The notes below the pieces were generated by a model. The model made no database searches. It was given only the letters and a program-made list of their open reading frames with translations, and was not told the origin of the DNA. Position numbers and translations under genes: made by a program. Below, piece by piece: positions 1 to 9,669 of a stretch of DNA of 64,000 nt; the stretch's first letter is position 1, and every line of letters starts with the position of its first letter. The DNA is from Ignavibacteriota bacterium (GTDB lineage Bacteria; Bacteroidota; Ignavibacteria; Palsa-1295), in assembly GCA_003151825.1 (NCBI GenBank), contig PLYO01000031.1:4096-68095 (forward strand), in the 5' to 3' direction.

Positions 1-558
1 GCTCAGCGCATTCTGACCGGAATAGCCATCGACGGCCAATGTCAACCAATCAGTGAGCGTAAGCTCCACGCTGCCCAGCGCGCCCAATTTATTTCCGGCG
101 CCGGTTACCGCGTCCGTCGCATAGTAAGCACCGCCATCCAGACGCAGGCTGCCAAAAAACTTATATCCTGTCATTGCGTATCCGAAAATTCCAGCACTCC
201 TGCCCGACGTGAGAGGAAGATAGGCATGGATTCCTTCCGTCAGCGTCCACGGAGCAGTAGTATCGAGGGATTGACTATGCTTAAAAGTTACTATTGCCGT
301 CCAGAGCTTATCACCCACGTTGATGTAACCGGGAAGATTTACGCCGCCCTCGAAATTATAGCCATAACCAATCACGACGCGTGGCGTGAGCGCGTAGTAT
401 TTCGGATCGGCCAGCCGGAACGGTGCATCCACTTCGCCATAGACCGTGCCCGGAGCGAGTACGTCCTGGCTCGGCACATTAAAGATGGTTTGCTGTGCAT
501 AGGCGTTTCCCGCCATGCAGGATACCGCCAAGAGGATAAAAAATACGCGAGATTTCAT
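1..558 (-). CDS. Secreted/outer-membrane protein, 5' part (runs off window edge)
   Basis: Manual translation: MKSRVFFILLAVSCMAGNAYAQQTIFNVPSQDVL... is open to position 1, with a signal peptide and beta-strand-like pattern. Not in the ORF track because it is truncated. Confidence 0.75.
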   Translation of the reverse strand, partial: MKSRVFFILLAVSCMAGNAYAQQTIFNVPSQDVLAPGTVYGEVDAPFRLADPKYYALTPRVVIGYGYNFEGGVNLPGYINVGDKLWTAIVTFKHSQSLDTTAPWTLTEGIHAYLPLTSGRSAGIFGYAMTGYKFFGSLRLDGGAYYATDAVTGAGNKLGALGSVELTLTDWLTLAVDGYSGQNALS

Positions 559-642
559 ATCTTCAATTGGTTATCAAAGAATTATGCCAACTTGCAAAAA
601 GGCGATTTTTTAACCAAATAGGTAAGCAACTCCTTTATTCAT

Positions 643-680
643 TATAGCATTTCGCTATGGAATCATAGCGAAATACCATA
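643..680. promoter_or_regulatory. Inverted repeat ATTTCGCTATG-gaat-CATAGCGAAAT (terminator or activator site)
   Basis: Perfect 11-bp arms at 649-659 and 664-674, between the regulator stop and the next gene. Confidence 0.45.
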
Positions 681-695
681 CTGTCGGACATTCCT

Positions 696-2048
696 TCACT
701 CGATCCCATACATCCTGAGCTTTCTGTAAAGCGTCGTCGTTGCAATGTTCAATTGCTTTGCGGTGAGTAGTTTGTTGCCGCCATTGCGTTCGAGCACTTC
801 GAGAATGTACTTCTTTTCTATTTCATCGAGCGGCGCGATTTCGCGTGGCTCGCGATTCGTGGAAAGCGCGGCGGGCCTTTTGAATAATTCCTCTGGTAAA
901 TGTTCGAGTTCAAGTGTGCCGTCGTCAGCAAAAATGAGCGCGCGCTCGATCACATTTTTCAGTTCCCGAACGTTGCCGGGCCAATCGTAGTCCACAAGGG
1001 CTTCGAGAGCATGCGGAGAAATAGTATGAACTTTACTTCCAATCTTCGGCGCAAGTTCCGCCAGCAATGCCTGCGCGAGGAGCGGAATATCTTCCTTGCG
1101 TTCGCGGAGTGGCGAAAGATGGATTGCAACAACTTTGAGACGGTAGTAGAGATCTTCACGGAACGAATGGTCCCGAATCGCCTCCGCGAGATCGCGATTG
1201 GTGGCAGCAATCACGCGAACGTTTACGCTTCGAGCGCGCGAGCTTCCAACCGGCAAGATTTCGCCTTTTTCGAAAAATCGGAGAAGTTTCACCTGCGTCT
1301 CCGGCGACATTTCTCCAACTTCATCTAAGAATACGGTTCCTCGATCCGCCGATTCGAGAAGCCCTTTCTTATCGCGATTGGCCCCGGTAAATGCGCCGCG
1401 AACATATCCGAAGAGTTCGCTCTCCTGAAGGTCGCGCGGAACGGCACCGCAATTGATTGCAATAAAAGAACCATTTCGCCTCGGGCTATTGGCATGAAGC
1501 ATTTCGGCGACCAATTCCTTTCCTGTACCGGATTCGCCGGTGATTAGCACACGGGCGTCCGTCGGAGCGACCCTGCGCAGCACTTCATGAAGTTGAGCAA
1601 TCGCGGGGCTTTTTCCAACAATGCGGCCAAACGCATATTCTTCTCGAGTTTGTTTTCGGAGCCGATCGATCTCGCGTTTCAGCGCGCGTTTCTCAAGCGA
1701 TTTTTCAACTACGAGCACGATCTCTTTATAGTCTGTATCTTTCGTGAGGTAATCGGCGGCGCCGAGCTTCATCGCTTCGACGGCATTTTCGATTTCCGCG
1801 TGAGCCGTGAGCACAATGACTTCCGAATCCGGCGTAAGCCTGCGCGCTTCGCGCAGCATATCGAGACCGCTTTTGCTGCCCATGCGCATGTCGGTAATGA
1901 TAAGATCGATTCCCTGATTTTCAGAAATGGCGCTCATCGCATCCTCTACGCCGGAAGCCAGCAGCACGTCATGCCCGTAGTGCTCCAAAATCGTTTTGTA
2001 GTTGCTGCGCGCGGCGGCTTCGTCGTCCACTAAAAGAATTAAGGACAT
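696..2048 (-). CDS. Sigma-54-dependent response regulator (NtrC family)
   Basis: Receiver domain, GESGTGKE Walker A, GAFTGA motif, C-terminal HTH. Confidence 0.95.
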   Translation of the reverse strand: MSLILLVDDEAAARSNYKTILEHYGHDVLLASGVEDAMSAISENQGIDLIITDMRMGSKSGLDMLREARRLTPDSEVIVLTAHAEIENAVEAMKLGAADYLTKDTDYKEIVLVVEKSLEKRALKREIDRLRKQTREEYAFGRIVGKSPAIAQLHEVLRRVAPTDARVLITGESGTGKELVAEMLHANSPRRNGSFIAINCGAVPRDLQESELFGYVRGAFTGANRDKKGLLESADRGTVFLDEVGEMSPETQVKLLRFFEKGEILPVGSSRARSVNVRVIAATNRDLAEAIRDHSFREDLYYRLKVVAIHLSPLRERKEDIPLLAQALLAELAPKIGSKVHTISPHALEALVDYDWPGNVRELKNVIERALIFADDGTLELEHLPEELFKRPAALSTNREPREIAPLDEIEKKYILEVLERNGGNKLLTAKQLNIATTTLYRKLRMYGIE

Positions 2049-2064
2049 TGCGGAATGGTATGGG

Positions 2065-3147
2065 CTAAAGAATCAGCATCGCATCGCCATAGCTAAAAAA
2101 GCGGTAATTATTTTCGATGGCGTGTTCGTAACATCGTAGCAGAAACTCTCGTCCCATGGATGATCGGTCATCCATAAATGCGGAGATCATCATGAGCAGC
2201 GTCGAGCGCGGAAAATGAAAGTTCGTAACGATGGCATCCGGCACTTTGAATTGGTATGGTGGATAAATAAAGATACCGCTCATGCCGGAACCAGCACGAA
2301 CTCCCCCACCTCTGGCAAGAGGAGGGGGCTGGGGGGTGGTGACCGCGAGTGTTTCCAATGCCCGGACGGTCGTAGTACCAACGGCAATGCACCGCTTCCC
2401 TTCCCGTTTCGCGTCATTGATGATTTCTGCATTCGCCTCATTCAGTTCGAAATATTCCTCGTGCATTTTATGCTGCGTAATGTCATCGGATTCAACCGGA
2501 CGAAAAGTTCCGAGACCGGTATGCAAGATCAGATATGCGATTTTTATTCCTTTCGCTTCGGTTCGTGCCAAAAGATCGGAAGTGAAATGGAGTCCCGCCG
2601 TAGGCGCGGCAACGGCGCCTGGCTGGGACGCATAAACCGTCTGGTATCGCTCCTTGTCCGATTCTTCCGTCTCGCGATGAAGATACGGCGGCAGCGGTAC
2701 ATGGCCAATCCGTTCTATTACCTGCCAAAACGCTGCTCCCATTTTATCGAAGCGAACAATTTTCTCGCCTTCGCCCAAATCAGATTCTACTTCGCATATA
2801 AGTCCATCGAATTCTATTCGATCCGCTATTCGCGCTTTCCGAGCGGGCGCGGCAAGCACCTTCCATCGCCCTTGATCTTCTTCTAATTGCTGATGAAGCA
2901 GAATTTCAATCCGTCCACCCGTCCCACGTTTTCCGATGAGGCGCGCGGGAATGACTTTTGTTTTATTGAGCACGAGCACATCGCCGGGATTCAGGTAGTC
3001 TAAAATATCCACAAACATTTTATCTTCCCACGTCTCGGAATCGCGGTGTACGACAAGCAGGCGCGAGTCTCCACGAATCATCGGTGGATATTTCGCGATT
3101 AAAAGTTCCGGCAGCGGATAATTGTAATCGGATAGACGGGTACTCAT
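2065..3147 (-). CDS. queA: S-adenosylmethionine:tRNA ribosyltransferase-isomerase
   Basis: VPLPPY, YQTVYA, AAPTAGLHF and YRFFSYGDAM motifs. Start moved to the ATG overlapping the upstream stop (ATGA). Confidence 0.95.
   Translation of the reverse strand: MSTRLSDYNYPLPELLIAKYPPMIRGDSRLLVVHRDSETWEDKMFVDILDYLNPGDVLVLNKTKVIPARLIGKRGTGGRIEILLHQQLEEDQGRWKVLAAPARKARIADRIEFDGLICEVESDLGEGEKIVRFDKMGAAFWQVIERIGHVPLPPYLHRETEESDKERYQTVYASQPGAVAAPTAGLHFTSDLLARTEAKGIKIAYLILHTGLGTFRPVESDDITQHKMHEEYFELNEANAEIINDAKREGKRCIAVGTTTVRALETLAVTTPQPPPLARGGGVRAGSGMSGIFIYPPYQFKVPDAIVTNFHFPRSTLLMMISAFMDDRSSMGREFLLRCYEHAIENNYRFFSYGDAMLIL
2301..2340. repeat. Short GC-rich hairpin element in frame inside queA
   Basis: CCCCCACCTCT-ggca-AGAGGAGGGGG hairpin, encoding TTPQPPPLARGGGV in the protein. 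Confidence 0.55.
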
Positions 3148-4661
3148 GCTTTTCGAAGCTTTGTGGCAACTTCGGAGAAGCGGGCCTTGAATAGCTGCGG
3201 ACGGATAAAATACTCGGTAAGGATGCAAGGAACGAAAATGACAAAAGCAAAAATGACAAGCCGCAACAGGGGGAGTTCAATGCCGATCGCGGGCGGCATT
3301 GCCAAGGAAAGTGCTGGCCCGACGCCAAAGCCGATCATCAGTGCAACGATTGCTCCGATGATTAGCGGCAATTGAAAATTCTCGCGCCAGCGAATGCCAA
3401 CAATGCGCTTCAGATAAACAAGCAATCCAGCATAACCCAATACATTCACCAAAGAAACGGCAAGCGCGATATAAAGAATGCCACCCCATTGGAAGGCAGC
3501 GATCAGGATTACGAGCAACACGAGTTGCAATCCGCGAACGACGGAAATTTCCGTGAGCTTCAGCGTAGCACCTAAAATCATTTTGGCATTCTCAAACAGC
3601 GGGACGGTCAGCACAAGCCCCGCAAGAGCTGTCAATGGTTCCGAAACACCTCCCCAATTCGAGGAAAGGAATACACGGACAATGTCTTTGCTTTCGAATG
3701 CCATAAAGATCGCCGCCGGGATCATCAGCCGCACGAGAAAGAAATTCGTGATTGCAAAGGCGCGCTCGAGCATCGCGCGGTCATGCTGGATGCCGGCATA
3801 CGTCGCAATCGAAACGCGCGCGACGATGGGCGCAACCGCAGTTGCCGGAAGCAATGCAATCGTAAATGCTTGCGCGTAATATCCAAGATAAAACGAGCCG
3901 AACAGAAACGCGACGAGGACATTGTCGATCTTAAAGAGCCAGCTTTCGAACACGCGGTTGAAGAGCACTTTCGTTCCGAATTTCCAAAGCCAGCGAGCAG
4001 TTCCCTTATCGTAATATTTCCAGGGATGTTTTTGGAGCGTCGCAAGTCCGGATTTTTTCACGTAATGCCGGTCGAGCCTGTACCCAAAAATCGTGGAAAG
4101 TATCGTCGCGAGAGGAATGGCCCACGCTCCCCCGCCCATCAGCGCAAACACGACGGACGAGGCATGAAGAATAACATTTACAATCAGCGTGACGCGCGAA
4201 ACTTTCGAATAGGATAGTTCCCGTTCGAGGATTTGGGTGTAAAACGTATCGAGCGAGGCAATAAAACGCTGCACGGCATAGACGCCAACGAGCGCGGCGA
4301 GAATCACTCCATGCGTCTTCGATAGCGAAAACAGGCCGAGCGCCATCGCAAGAATGGTGAAAAAACCATTTGTGCCTACCGTCAGGATAAAAACATTCTC
4401 TTTCAAATTCGGAAGCGGCTCGGTAACAAGATTATCGCGGACATTGATGATGGCGCTCGTAAACGAAAACGCGGCAAAGCTCACCACCAGATCGACAAAA
4501 CTCATCGCCGCCTGATACAATCCCACCTGCTCCGGCGTGAGCAGCAACGCCAGAGCTTTGCGCGCCGCGATGCCAAGTAATATCGAGAGATACGTCGCGC
4601 CGGTGAGCAACGCCGCCCCACGCACCGCCCTTCTTCCGATTGGAGAAGCAACTTCGCTCAT
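3144..4661 (-). CDS. Oligosaccharide flippase (Wzx/MOP family)
   Basis: Many TM segments, LLTPEQVGLY N-terminal motif, LGYYAQAF. Confidence 0.85.
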   Translation of the reverse strand: MSEVASPIGRRAVRGAALLTGATYLSILLGIAARKALALLLTPEQVGLYQAAMSFVDLVVSFAAFSFTSAIINVRDNLVTEPLPNLKENVFILTVGTNGFFTILAMALGLFSLSKTHGVILAALVGVYAVQRFIASLDTFYTQILERELSYSKVSRVTLIVNVILHASSVVFALMGGGAWAIPLATILSTIFGYRLDRHYVKKSGLATLQKHPWKYYDKGTARWLWKFGTKVLFNRVFESWLFKIDNVLVAFLFGSFYLGYYAQAFTIALLPATAVAPIVARVSIATYAGIQHDRAMLERAFAITNFFLVRLMIPAAIFMAFESKDIVRVFLSSNWGGVSEPLTALAGLVLTVPLFENAKMILGATLKLTEISVVRGLQLVLLVILIAAFQWGGILYIALAVSLVNVLGYAGLLVYLKRIVGIRWRENFQLPLIIGAIVALMIGFGVGPALSLAMPPAIGIELPLLRLVIFAFVIFVPCILTEYFIRPQLFKARFSEVATKLRKA

Positions 4662-5368
4662 GCGGTCCCTAAATACGCAAGTTTCACGTCCTCATTCTGA
4701 GCAAGCTCCTTCGCAGGGCCCGAAAGAACAATCGTTCCAGTTTCGAGCACGTACGCCCAGTGCGCGATGGTCAGTGCGAGATTAGCGTTTTGTTCTACCA
4801 GAAGAATCGTCACGCCAAGCTCGCTATTGATTTCGACAATTTTTTCGAAAATAGTTCGTACTAATTTCGGCGCGATACCGAGCGAGGGTTCGTCAAGCAA
4901 GAGCATCGTTGGTTTGGACATGAGCGCTCGCGCAATCGCCAGCATTTGCTGCTCGCCGCCGGAAAGCGTACCCCCTGGCTGCCAGAGGCGCTCCTGGAGA
5001 CGCGGAAAAATCGTAAAAACAAAATCGAGATCGCGCTTGATGCCTTCCGCATCCTTTCGGAGATAGGCGCCCATTCGCAAATTTTCCTGCACCGTGAGAT
5101 TAGCAAAAATCATCCGTCCCTCCGGCGCCTGCGCGATGCCGCATTTTACAATATCGTGCGGCTTTTTATGCGTAAGCTCGTTTCCATGCCAGCAAATCGA
5201 TCCGTGCCGCGCTTTGTGCAGGCCGGAGATTGTTCGCAGCAGCGTCGTCTTACCCGCGCCATTCGCGCCGATGAGCGTGACGATGCCTTTCTCCGCTACA
5301 TCGAGCGAAATTCCTTTCAGCGCTTTGATGCCGCCGTAGGAAACGTGGAGGTCGCGGATTTCAAGCAT
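4658..5368 (-). CDS. livF: Branched-chain amino acid ABC transporter ATPase (LivF-like)
   Basis: GANGAGKTT, LSGGEQQMLA, LLDEPSLG, LLVEQNA. Confidence 0.88.
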   Translation of the reverse strand: MLEIRDLHVSYGGIKALKGISLDVAEKGIVTLIGANGAGKTTLLRTISGLHKARHGSICWHGNELTHKKPHDIVKCGIAQAPEGRMIFANLTVQENLRMGAYLRKDAEGIKRDLDFVFTIFPRLQERLWQPGGTLSGGEQQMLAIARALMSKPTMLLLDEPSLGIAPKLVRTIFEKIVEINSELGVTILLVEQNANLALTIAHWAYVLETGTIVLSGPAKELAQNEDVKLAYLGTA

Positions 5369-5491
5369 TCGTTCGGGTGATGATTTTACATTGGACTTGG
5401 TCTGCCAATATCTGAACGCTGAATACGGGCGGCAAATTTCAAATTCAATGCAGATTCGAAACGATTAATGCAAAGTTACGTTTTTTGCTAC

Positions 5492-6262
5492 ATGCAAACC
5501 ATCGTCATTATCCCTGCGCGCTATGCATCCCAGCGGCTGCCCGCCAAACCGCTCGTCCTCATTCATGGCATGACGATGATCGAGCGCGTCTATCGACAAT
5601 GCCAGCACGCGGAGGAGATCGATGCCATTTATGTCGCGACCGATCACCCGGCAATCGTTCAGGAGGTCGAGCGATTCGGGGGCCGCGCCATTATGACTTC
5701 TCCGGATTGCCCATCCGGCACGGATCGTGTCGCCGAAGCTGCGGCGAAGCTAAATCTTGACAAAAATGATATTATCATCAATGTGCAGGGCGATGAGCCG
5801 CTGATCGATCCTGCGGTCATCACCGCGTTAGCGAGTCAGATGCGAGTGCATCCGGAAATACGGGTCGCTACTCCGGTCACGCCGCTTCGGCACGCGGAGG
5901 ATCTGACAAATCCGAACATTGTTTTTGCAGCGAAGAATAAGAACTGCGACGCGCTGTATTTTTCAAGACATCCTATTCCCTTCCTCAGGGAACTTGGCGC
6001 CGAGGCCGTTCTATCGTGGCCAAAACAGCATCTGTACTTTAAACATATTGGCGTGTATGCCTATCGCGCGGAAGTATTGCAACAATTCATCGCGCTTGGC
6101 GAAAGCCCGCTCGAACGCGCCGAACGCCTCGAACAACTGCGGTTATTAGAAGCAGGAATTCCGATTCGATGTATCGAAGTTCAGCACGAATCGGTCGCAG
6201 TGGATACCATCCAGGATGTGCGGGGAGTCGAACTGCTGATCGAGGAACGGGGACTCGCATGA
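5492..6262 (+). CDS. kdsB: 3-deoxy-manno-octulosonate cytidylyltransferase
   Basis: IPARYASQRLPAKPL, SGTDR, NVQGDEP, LEQLRLLE. Confidence 0.95.
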   Translation: MQTIVIIPARYASQRLPAKPLVLIHGMTMIERVYRQCQHAEEIDAIYVATDHPAIVQEVERFGGRAIMTSPDCPSGTDRVAEAAAKLNLDKNDIIINVQGDEPLIDPAVITALASQMRVHPEIRVATPVTPLRHAEDLTNPNIVFAAKNKNCDALYFSRHPIPFLRELGAEAVLSWPKQHLYFKHIGVYAYRAEVLQQFIALGESPLERAERLEQLRLLEAGIPIRCIEVQHESVAVDTIQDVRGVELLIEERGLA

Positions 6263-7380
6263 CCATCGAGCAAGCCCGACGCGAATTTCCGCACACCATG
6301 AGCGACATGGTGTATCTCAATCATGCCGCCGTCGCGCCGCTTTCGTTCCGCGTGCGTGACGCCGTCGATCGCTACCAAACGCGGCGCGCGCTGAAAGGCA
6401 TCGAACCGTATCCCTGGATCATGAAAACCGTGCAGGAAACGCGCGAGCTGCTCGCGCAAATGCTGCACGCCCGCGCCGATCAGATGGCGTTCGTGCTTAA
6501 TACCAGTGATGGATTGAATATCCTCGCGCAAGGCATCGCTTGGAAACCCGGCGACCGCGTTTTGCTCAATGATTTGGAATTTCCCGCGAATGTGTATCCG
6601 TTTTTGAATCTTCAGAGACAGGGCGTTGAGGTTGATGTTATTCGTACAAAGGACGCAAAGGTCACAAAGGACGAAATTGCTGAGAATTTGACGGAGAAAA
6701 CGAAACTTGTTTCACTCAGCCATGTGCAATTTGCTACGGGTGCGAAAGCCGATCTTACTGCTATCGGCAAACTTTGTAGAGAACGCGATATTCTCTTCGC
6801 TGTCGATGCGATACAATCGCTTCCCCACTCAGAAATTGATGTCCAGCGCGACAATATAGATTTTCTTTCATCGGGTTCCCACAAATGGATGATGGCCGAT
6901 ACCGGAGCTGCATTTATCTACGCCGGCGACCGCGCCCTCGAACGTATTCATCAAGCCTCGCTTGGATGGACGAGCATTGATGATCCCTTCGACTTTACAC
7001 TGCGTCCTGATGAACTCCGTACCGGCGCTGCGCGATTCGAAAACGGCACGCTGAATTTCGCCGGCATCACCGCGCTGAATGCCTCGCTAAAGTTCTTCTT
7101 TGAATTTGGACTAAAAGAAATAGAACGCAATGTGCTCGATCTTTCTGGCTATCTTATCAACCGCCTACAACAGCGCGGCGTGGAAGTAATTACGCCAAAA
7201 GACGAGCGTGAGCGCGCGGGAATCGTTTCCTTCAATTTTCCCGATGCAGAAAAAGTATTCGAGCGATTGCACAAGCAAAATATCATTATCTCGCTCCGCC
7301 AGGGCCGCCTCCGCGTTTCCCCCCATTTTTATAATACGGAGGAGGAGTTGAGGAAGCTGATGGTGGGGTTGTTTGAGTAA
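6259..7380 (+). CDS. Class V PLP-dependent aminotransferase / cysteine desulfurase-like
   Basis: YLNHAA, VDAIQS, SHKW and LRVSPHFYNT motifs. ATGA overlap with kdsB. Confidence 0.9.
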   Translation: MTIEQARREFPHTMSDMVYLNHAAVAPLSFRVRDAVDRYQTRRALKGIEPYPWIMKTVQETRELLAQMLHARADQMAFVLNTSDGLNILAQGIAWKPGDRVLLNDLEFPANVYPFLNLQRQGVEVDVIRTKDAKVTKDEIAENLTEKTKLVSLSHVQFATGAKADLTAIGKLCRERDILFAVDAIQSLPHSEIDVQRDNIDFLSSGSHKWMMADTGAAFIYAGDRALERIHQASLGWTSIDDPFDFTLRPDELRTGAARFENGTLNFAGITALNASLKFFFEFGLKEIERNVLDLSGYLINRLQQRGVEVITPKDERERAGIVSFNFPDAEKVFERLHKQNIIISLRQGRLRVSPHFYNTEEELRKLMVGLFE

Positions 7381-7551
7381 GAATGACGAGTTAGTGCCAC
7401 TCCTTGACTTGAAGCATTATCACTTGCACCGAGTCATAAACACGAATGCCTTTTTGCGGATTTAGAAGTTCGATGATCGCATTGTTCCGGTGCAAGGATG
7501 GATTTATACCGTAATGCTATGAGTTATGAGATTTAGTAAGGAACAAAAAAT

Positions 7552-8202
7552 ATGATCGAGACTCCTGAGGTTAAGCCTAATAAAAAAGGAAAGCGTGTAA
7601 TCATTATATTACTCGGCTTTTTTCTCTTTCTTTGCATTATTGTGATCTTTGCATCGAATCAGAGCGAAAAGCCTACTCAACCTAATTCTACCACTTCCGC
7701 ACCACACGCGTTCGTTCCCTACTCACCACCTCCTCCCTCCTCCGAACCAAATCCTACTCCTACGCCGGTTGTTGACGAAGGAAGATGGAGTTATAATGCG
7801 AGCTATGATCAGATGCGCCAGATAACGACTGTTTTCGCAACGCTCGAAAGTAGCTCAATCCTAAATTTTGATTTCCCTTATAATGGAGGAGCAACACCAT
7901 CAATACAGTTAAGGAAGGAAGGCAATGGCAGCAGCGAAGCTATGCTGAAGATTGATAAGGGTCAGTTTATGACGAGCTATGACGGAACTCGCATTGCTGC
8001 AAAGGGAGATAATGGGCCAGTTCAATATTTTGAAGGAGATGAGTCAGCTAACGGACGGAGCGACATTCTTTTCATCGAACCTGCATCCAGATTGATTGCG
8101 CTGCTCAAAAAAAGTGCCCATGTAACTTTAGAGGCTCCCTTTTATGAAGCTGGGCGCATCCAAATGGAATTTGAGACCACGGGTCTTGTGTGGCCTCCCT
8201 AG
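7552..8202 (+). CDS. Membrane-anchored hypothetical protein (cassette 1)
   Basis: N-terminal TM helix, Pro-rich linker, globular C-domain; more AT-rich than neighbours. Confidence 0.8.
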   Translation: MIETPEVKPNKKGKRVIIILLGFFLFLCIIVIFASNQSEKPTQPNSTTSAPHAFVPYSPPPPSSEPNPTPTPVVDEGRWSYNASYDQMRQITTVFATLESSSILNFDFPYNGGATPSIQLRKEGNGSSEAMLKIDKGQFMTSYDGTRIAAKGDNGPVQYFEGDESANGRSDILFIEPASRLIALLKKSAHVTLEAPFYEAGRIQMEFETTGLVWPP

Positions 8203-8225
8203 GCGACTCAATAGTAGAATATAGT

Positions 8226-8291
8226 TCACCCCATCCCCTGCCGCTTGTGCAGATATTCCAGCCCGCTGCGGCGGGCGCGGTGAAGCGGAAC
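8226..8291 (-). repeat. Copy R1 of the DUF58 gene 3' tail
   Basis: TCACCCCATCCCCTGCCGCTTGTGCAGATATTCCAGC versus 10828ff: 3 mismatches in 37 nt. Confidence 0.9.
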
Positions 8292-8320
8292 TGTTACGGC
8301 TGCTTAATTGCTAAACCATC

Positions 8321-8539
8321 ATGAGATTATCTGTTCAATACGTAAATGACGTGCAGGGAAACGTTCAGGCGGTGCAAGTGCCCGTCGGCGAATGGAAGCG
8401 GCTTTTAAAGTCGATGCGAGGTTTGGAGCAGCGGCTGAAGCTGAAATCAGACCTGACGGAGGCGCTTGCGGAGGTCGAACGAAAACGCGCCGGCAAACAG
8501 AAAATGGAGTCGCTGGACGAATTTCTCCGTGCCTTATAG
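8321..8539 (+). CDS. Putative antitoxin
   Basis: 72 aa, overlaps the toxin start, ends LDEFLRAL. Confidence 0.75.
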   Translation: MRLSVQYVNDVQGNVQAVQVPVGEWKRLLKSMRGLEQRLKLKSDLTEALAEVERKRAGKQKMESLDEFLRAL

Positions 8540-8861
8540 CCTTAGCCCGACGGAACGGTTCAAGCACGAAGCGAAGCGGCTGATCAAAAAATATCGGTCG
8601 CTGACTTCGGAGTTACAAGAACCCTCGGAATTGCTCAAAAGCGATCCCCATCTTGGGCAAGACCTCGGTGCTGGATTATTTAAGATCCGGCTCGCCATTC
8701 AAAGCAAAGGAAAAGGAAAAAGTGGAGGAGCGCGAGTTGTGACTTATGTGATTGATAAAGACAAGGTCGTGCATCTTCTCACAATTTATGATAAAACCGA
8801 GCTTGATACGATCAGCACCCAGATTTTACGAGAGATTGCTCACGAAATTACCGAAAAATAA
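8529..8861 (+). CDS. RelE/HigB-like type II toxin
   Basis: GTG start; KKYRSL, KIRLAIQSKGKGKSGGARV, LLTIYDK. Confidence 0.85.
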   Translation: MPYSLSPTERFKHEAKRLIKKYRSLTSELQEPSELLKSDPHLGQDLGAGLFKIRLAIQSKGKGKSGGARVVTYVIDKDKVVHLLTIYDKTELDTISTQILREIAHEITEK

Positions 8862-8921
8862 TAATTGTCCAATTCCCCAAAAATAAATTAGCGTAATCCA
8901 TACAATCCGCGTAATCCAGGT

Positions 8922-8988
8922 TCACCCCATCAACTGCCGCTTGTGGAGATATTCGAGCAGCGCCGCGACGGGCGCAGTGGAAGGAAAC
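8922..8988 (-). repeat. Copy R2 of the DUF58 gene 3' tail
   Basis: 38 of 39 nt identical to 10828-10866. Confidence 0.92.
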
Positions 8989-9008
8989 TAAGATTTTGCG
9001 TAAGTGTT
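8984..9008 (+). promoter_or_regulatory. ECF-type promoter-like motif GAAAC-N16-TGTT
   Basis: Starts at the end of R2 and ends 9 nt before ATG 9018. Confidence 0.45.
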
Positions 9009-9017
9009 ATAAACGGT

Positions 9018-9230
9018 ATGAGCACAAAGACGGTATCTAAAACACGCGGCTTAAAGGAGCGCTCGCGGAAATCTCCAAATGGCCGGAGTCCGCGTACCAC
9101 TGCCTCGCTATGGGAAAAAATTGACGAATTAATCGCTCCCATCCCCGCATCGGAATGGTCGAAACTCCCTAAGGATGGTTCCGTTAACGTTGACCATTAC
9201 CTCTATGGCGCTCCGAAGCATCAGCCTTGA
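9018..9230 (+). CDS. Putative antitoxin
   Basis: Small ORF ending LPKDGSVNVDHYLYG, overlapping the PIN gene. Confidence 0.75.
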   Translation: MSTKTVSKTRGLKERSRKSPNGRSPRTTASLWEKIDELIAPIPASEWSKLPKDGSVNVDHYLYGAPKHQP

Positions 9231-9643
9231 TGCAGTATTTTGAAGATACCGGCTTTTGGATCGCTCGGCTCTCACGCAGCGACCAATGGCATACACAAGC
9301 TGTAGCTATTAGCGGAAGCTTCCAGCCATCCGACCGATTCTTTACCTCGGATTTCGTTCTGCTTGAATTGTTAAATTATTTTTCAACAGCGGGTTCATTG
9401 CTTCGCTTGAAATCTTCTACTATCGTTGAGGAGATCGAGAATGATCCTCACCACCGCATTCTTTCTACTTCATCAGAACACTTTCGCGAGGCTCGAAAAA
9501 TGTATGAGCGTCATTCCGACAAAGCATGGAGCCTAACCGACTGCTCTTCTTTCCAGCTGATGCGCGAACTCGGCATTCAGAATGCTCTCACGTTCGATCA
9601 TCACTTCGAGCAAGCCGGATTCCGAACGATACCCGGAATATAG
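9227..9643 (+). CDS. VapC-type PIN-domain toxin
   Basis: F-E-D-T N-terminus, VLLE, SLTDCSSF, LTFDHHF. Confidence 0.9.
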   Translation: MMQYFEDTGFWIARLSRSDQWHTQAVAISGSFQPSDRFFTSDFVLLELLNYFSTAGSLLRLKSSTIVEEIENDPHHRILSTSSEHFREARKMYERHSDKAWSLTDCSSFQLMRELGIQNALTFDHHFEQAGFRTIPGI

Positions 9644-9648
9644 AGAGC

Positions 9649-9669
9649 TTATCCGTCAACACTGCTTGT
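9649..9669 (-). repeat. Degenerate copy R3 of the DUF58 tail
   Basis: TTATCC-GTCAAC-ACTGCTTGT versus TTATCCCATCAACTGCCGCTTGT, 5 nt after the PIN stop. Confidence 0.4.

Noticed and set aside
573-590. Sigma-54 -24/-12 promoter (TTGGCATAATTCTTTGAT, minus strand)
   Set aside because: Spacing is GG-N11-GA rather than GG-N10-GC, so it is not called as a feature
226-621. Plus-strand 131-aa ORF and the many other short antisense or overlapping ORFs in the track
   Set aside because: They are shadows of well-supported genes on the opposite strand or in another frame, with no motifs
7352-7368. Aminotransferase tail (RKLMVG) resembling the DUF58 tail (RQLMG) as an inverted repeat
   Set aside because: Only about 10 of 12 nt match; compatible with chance
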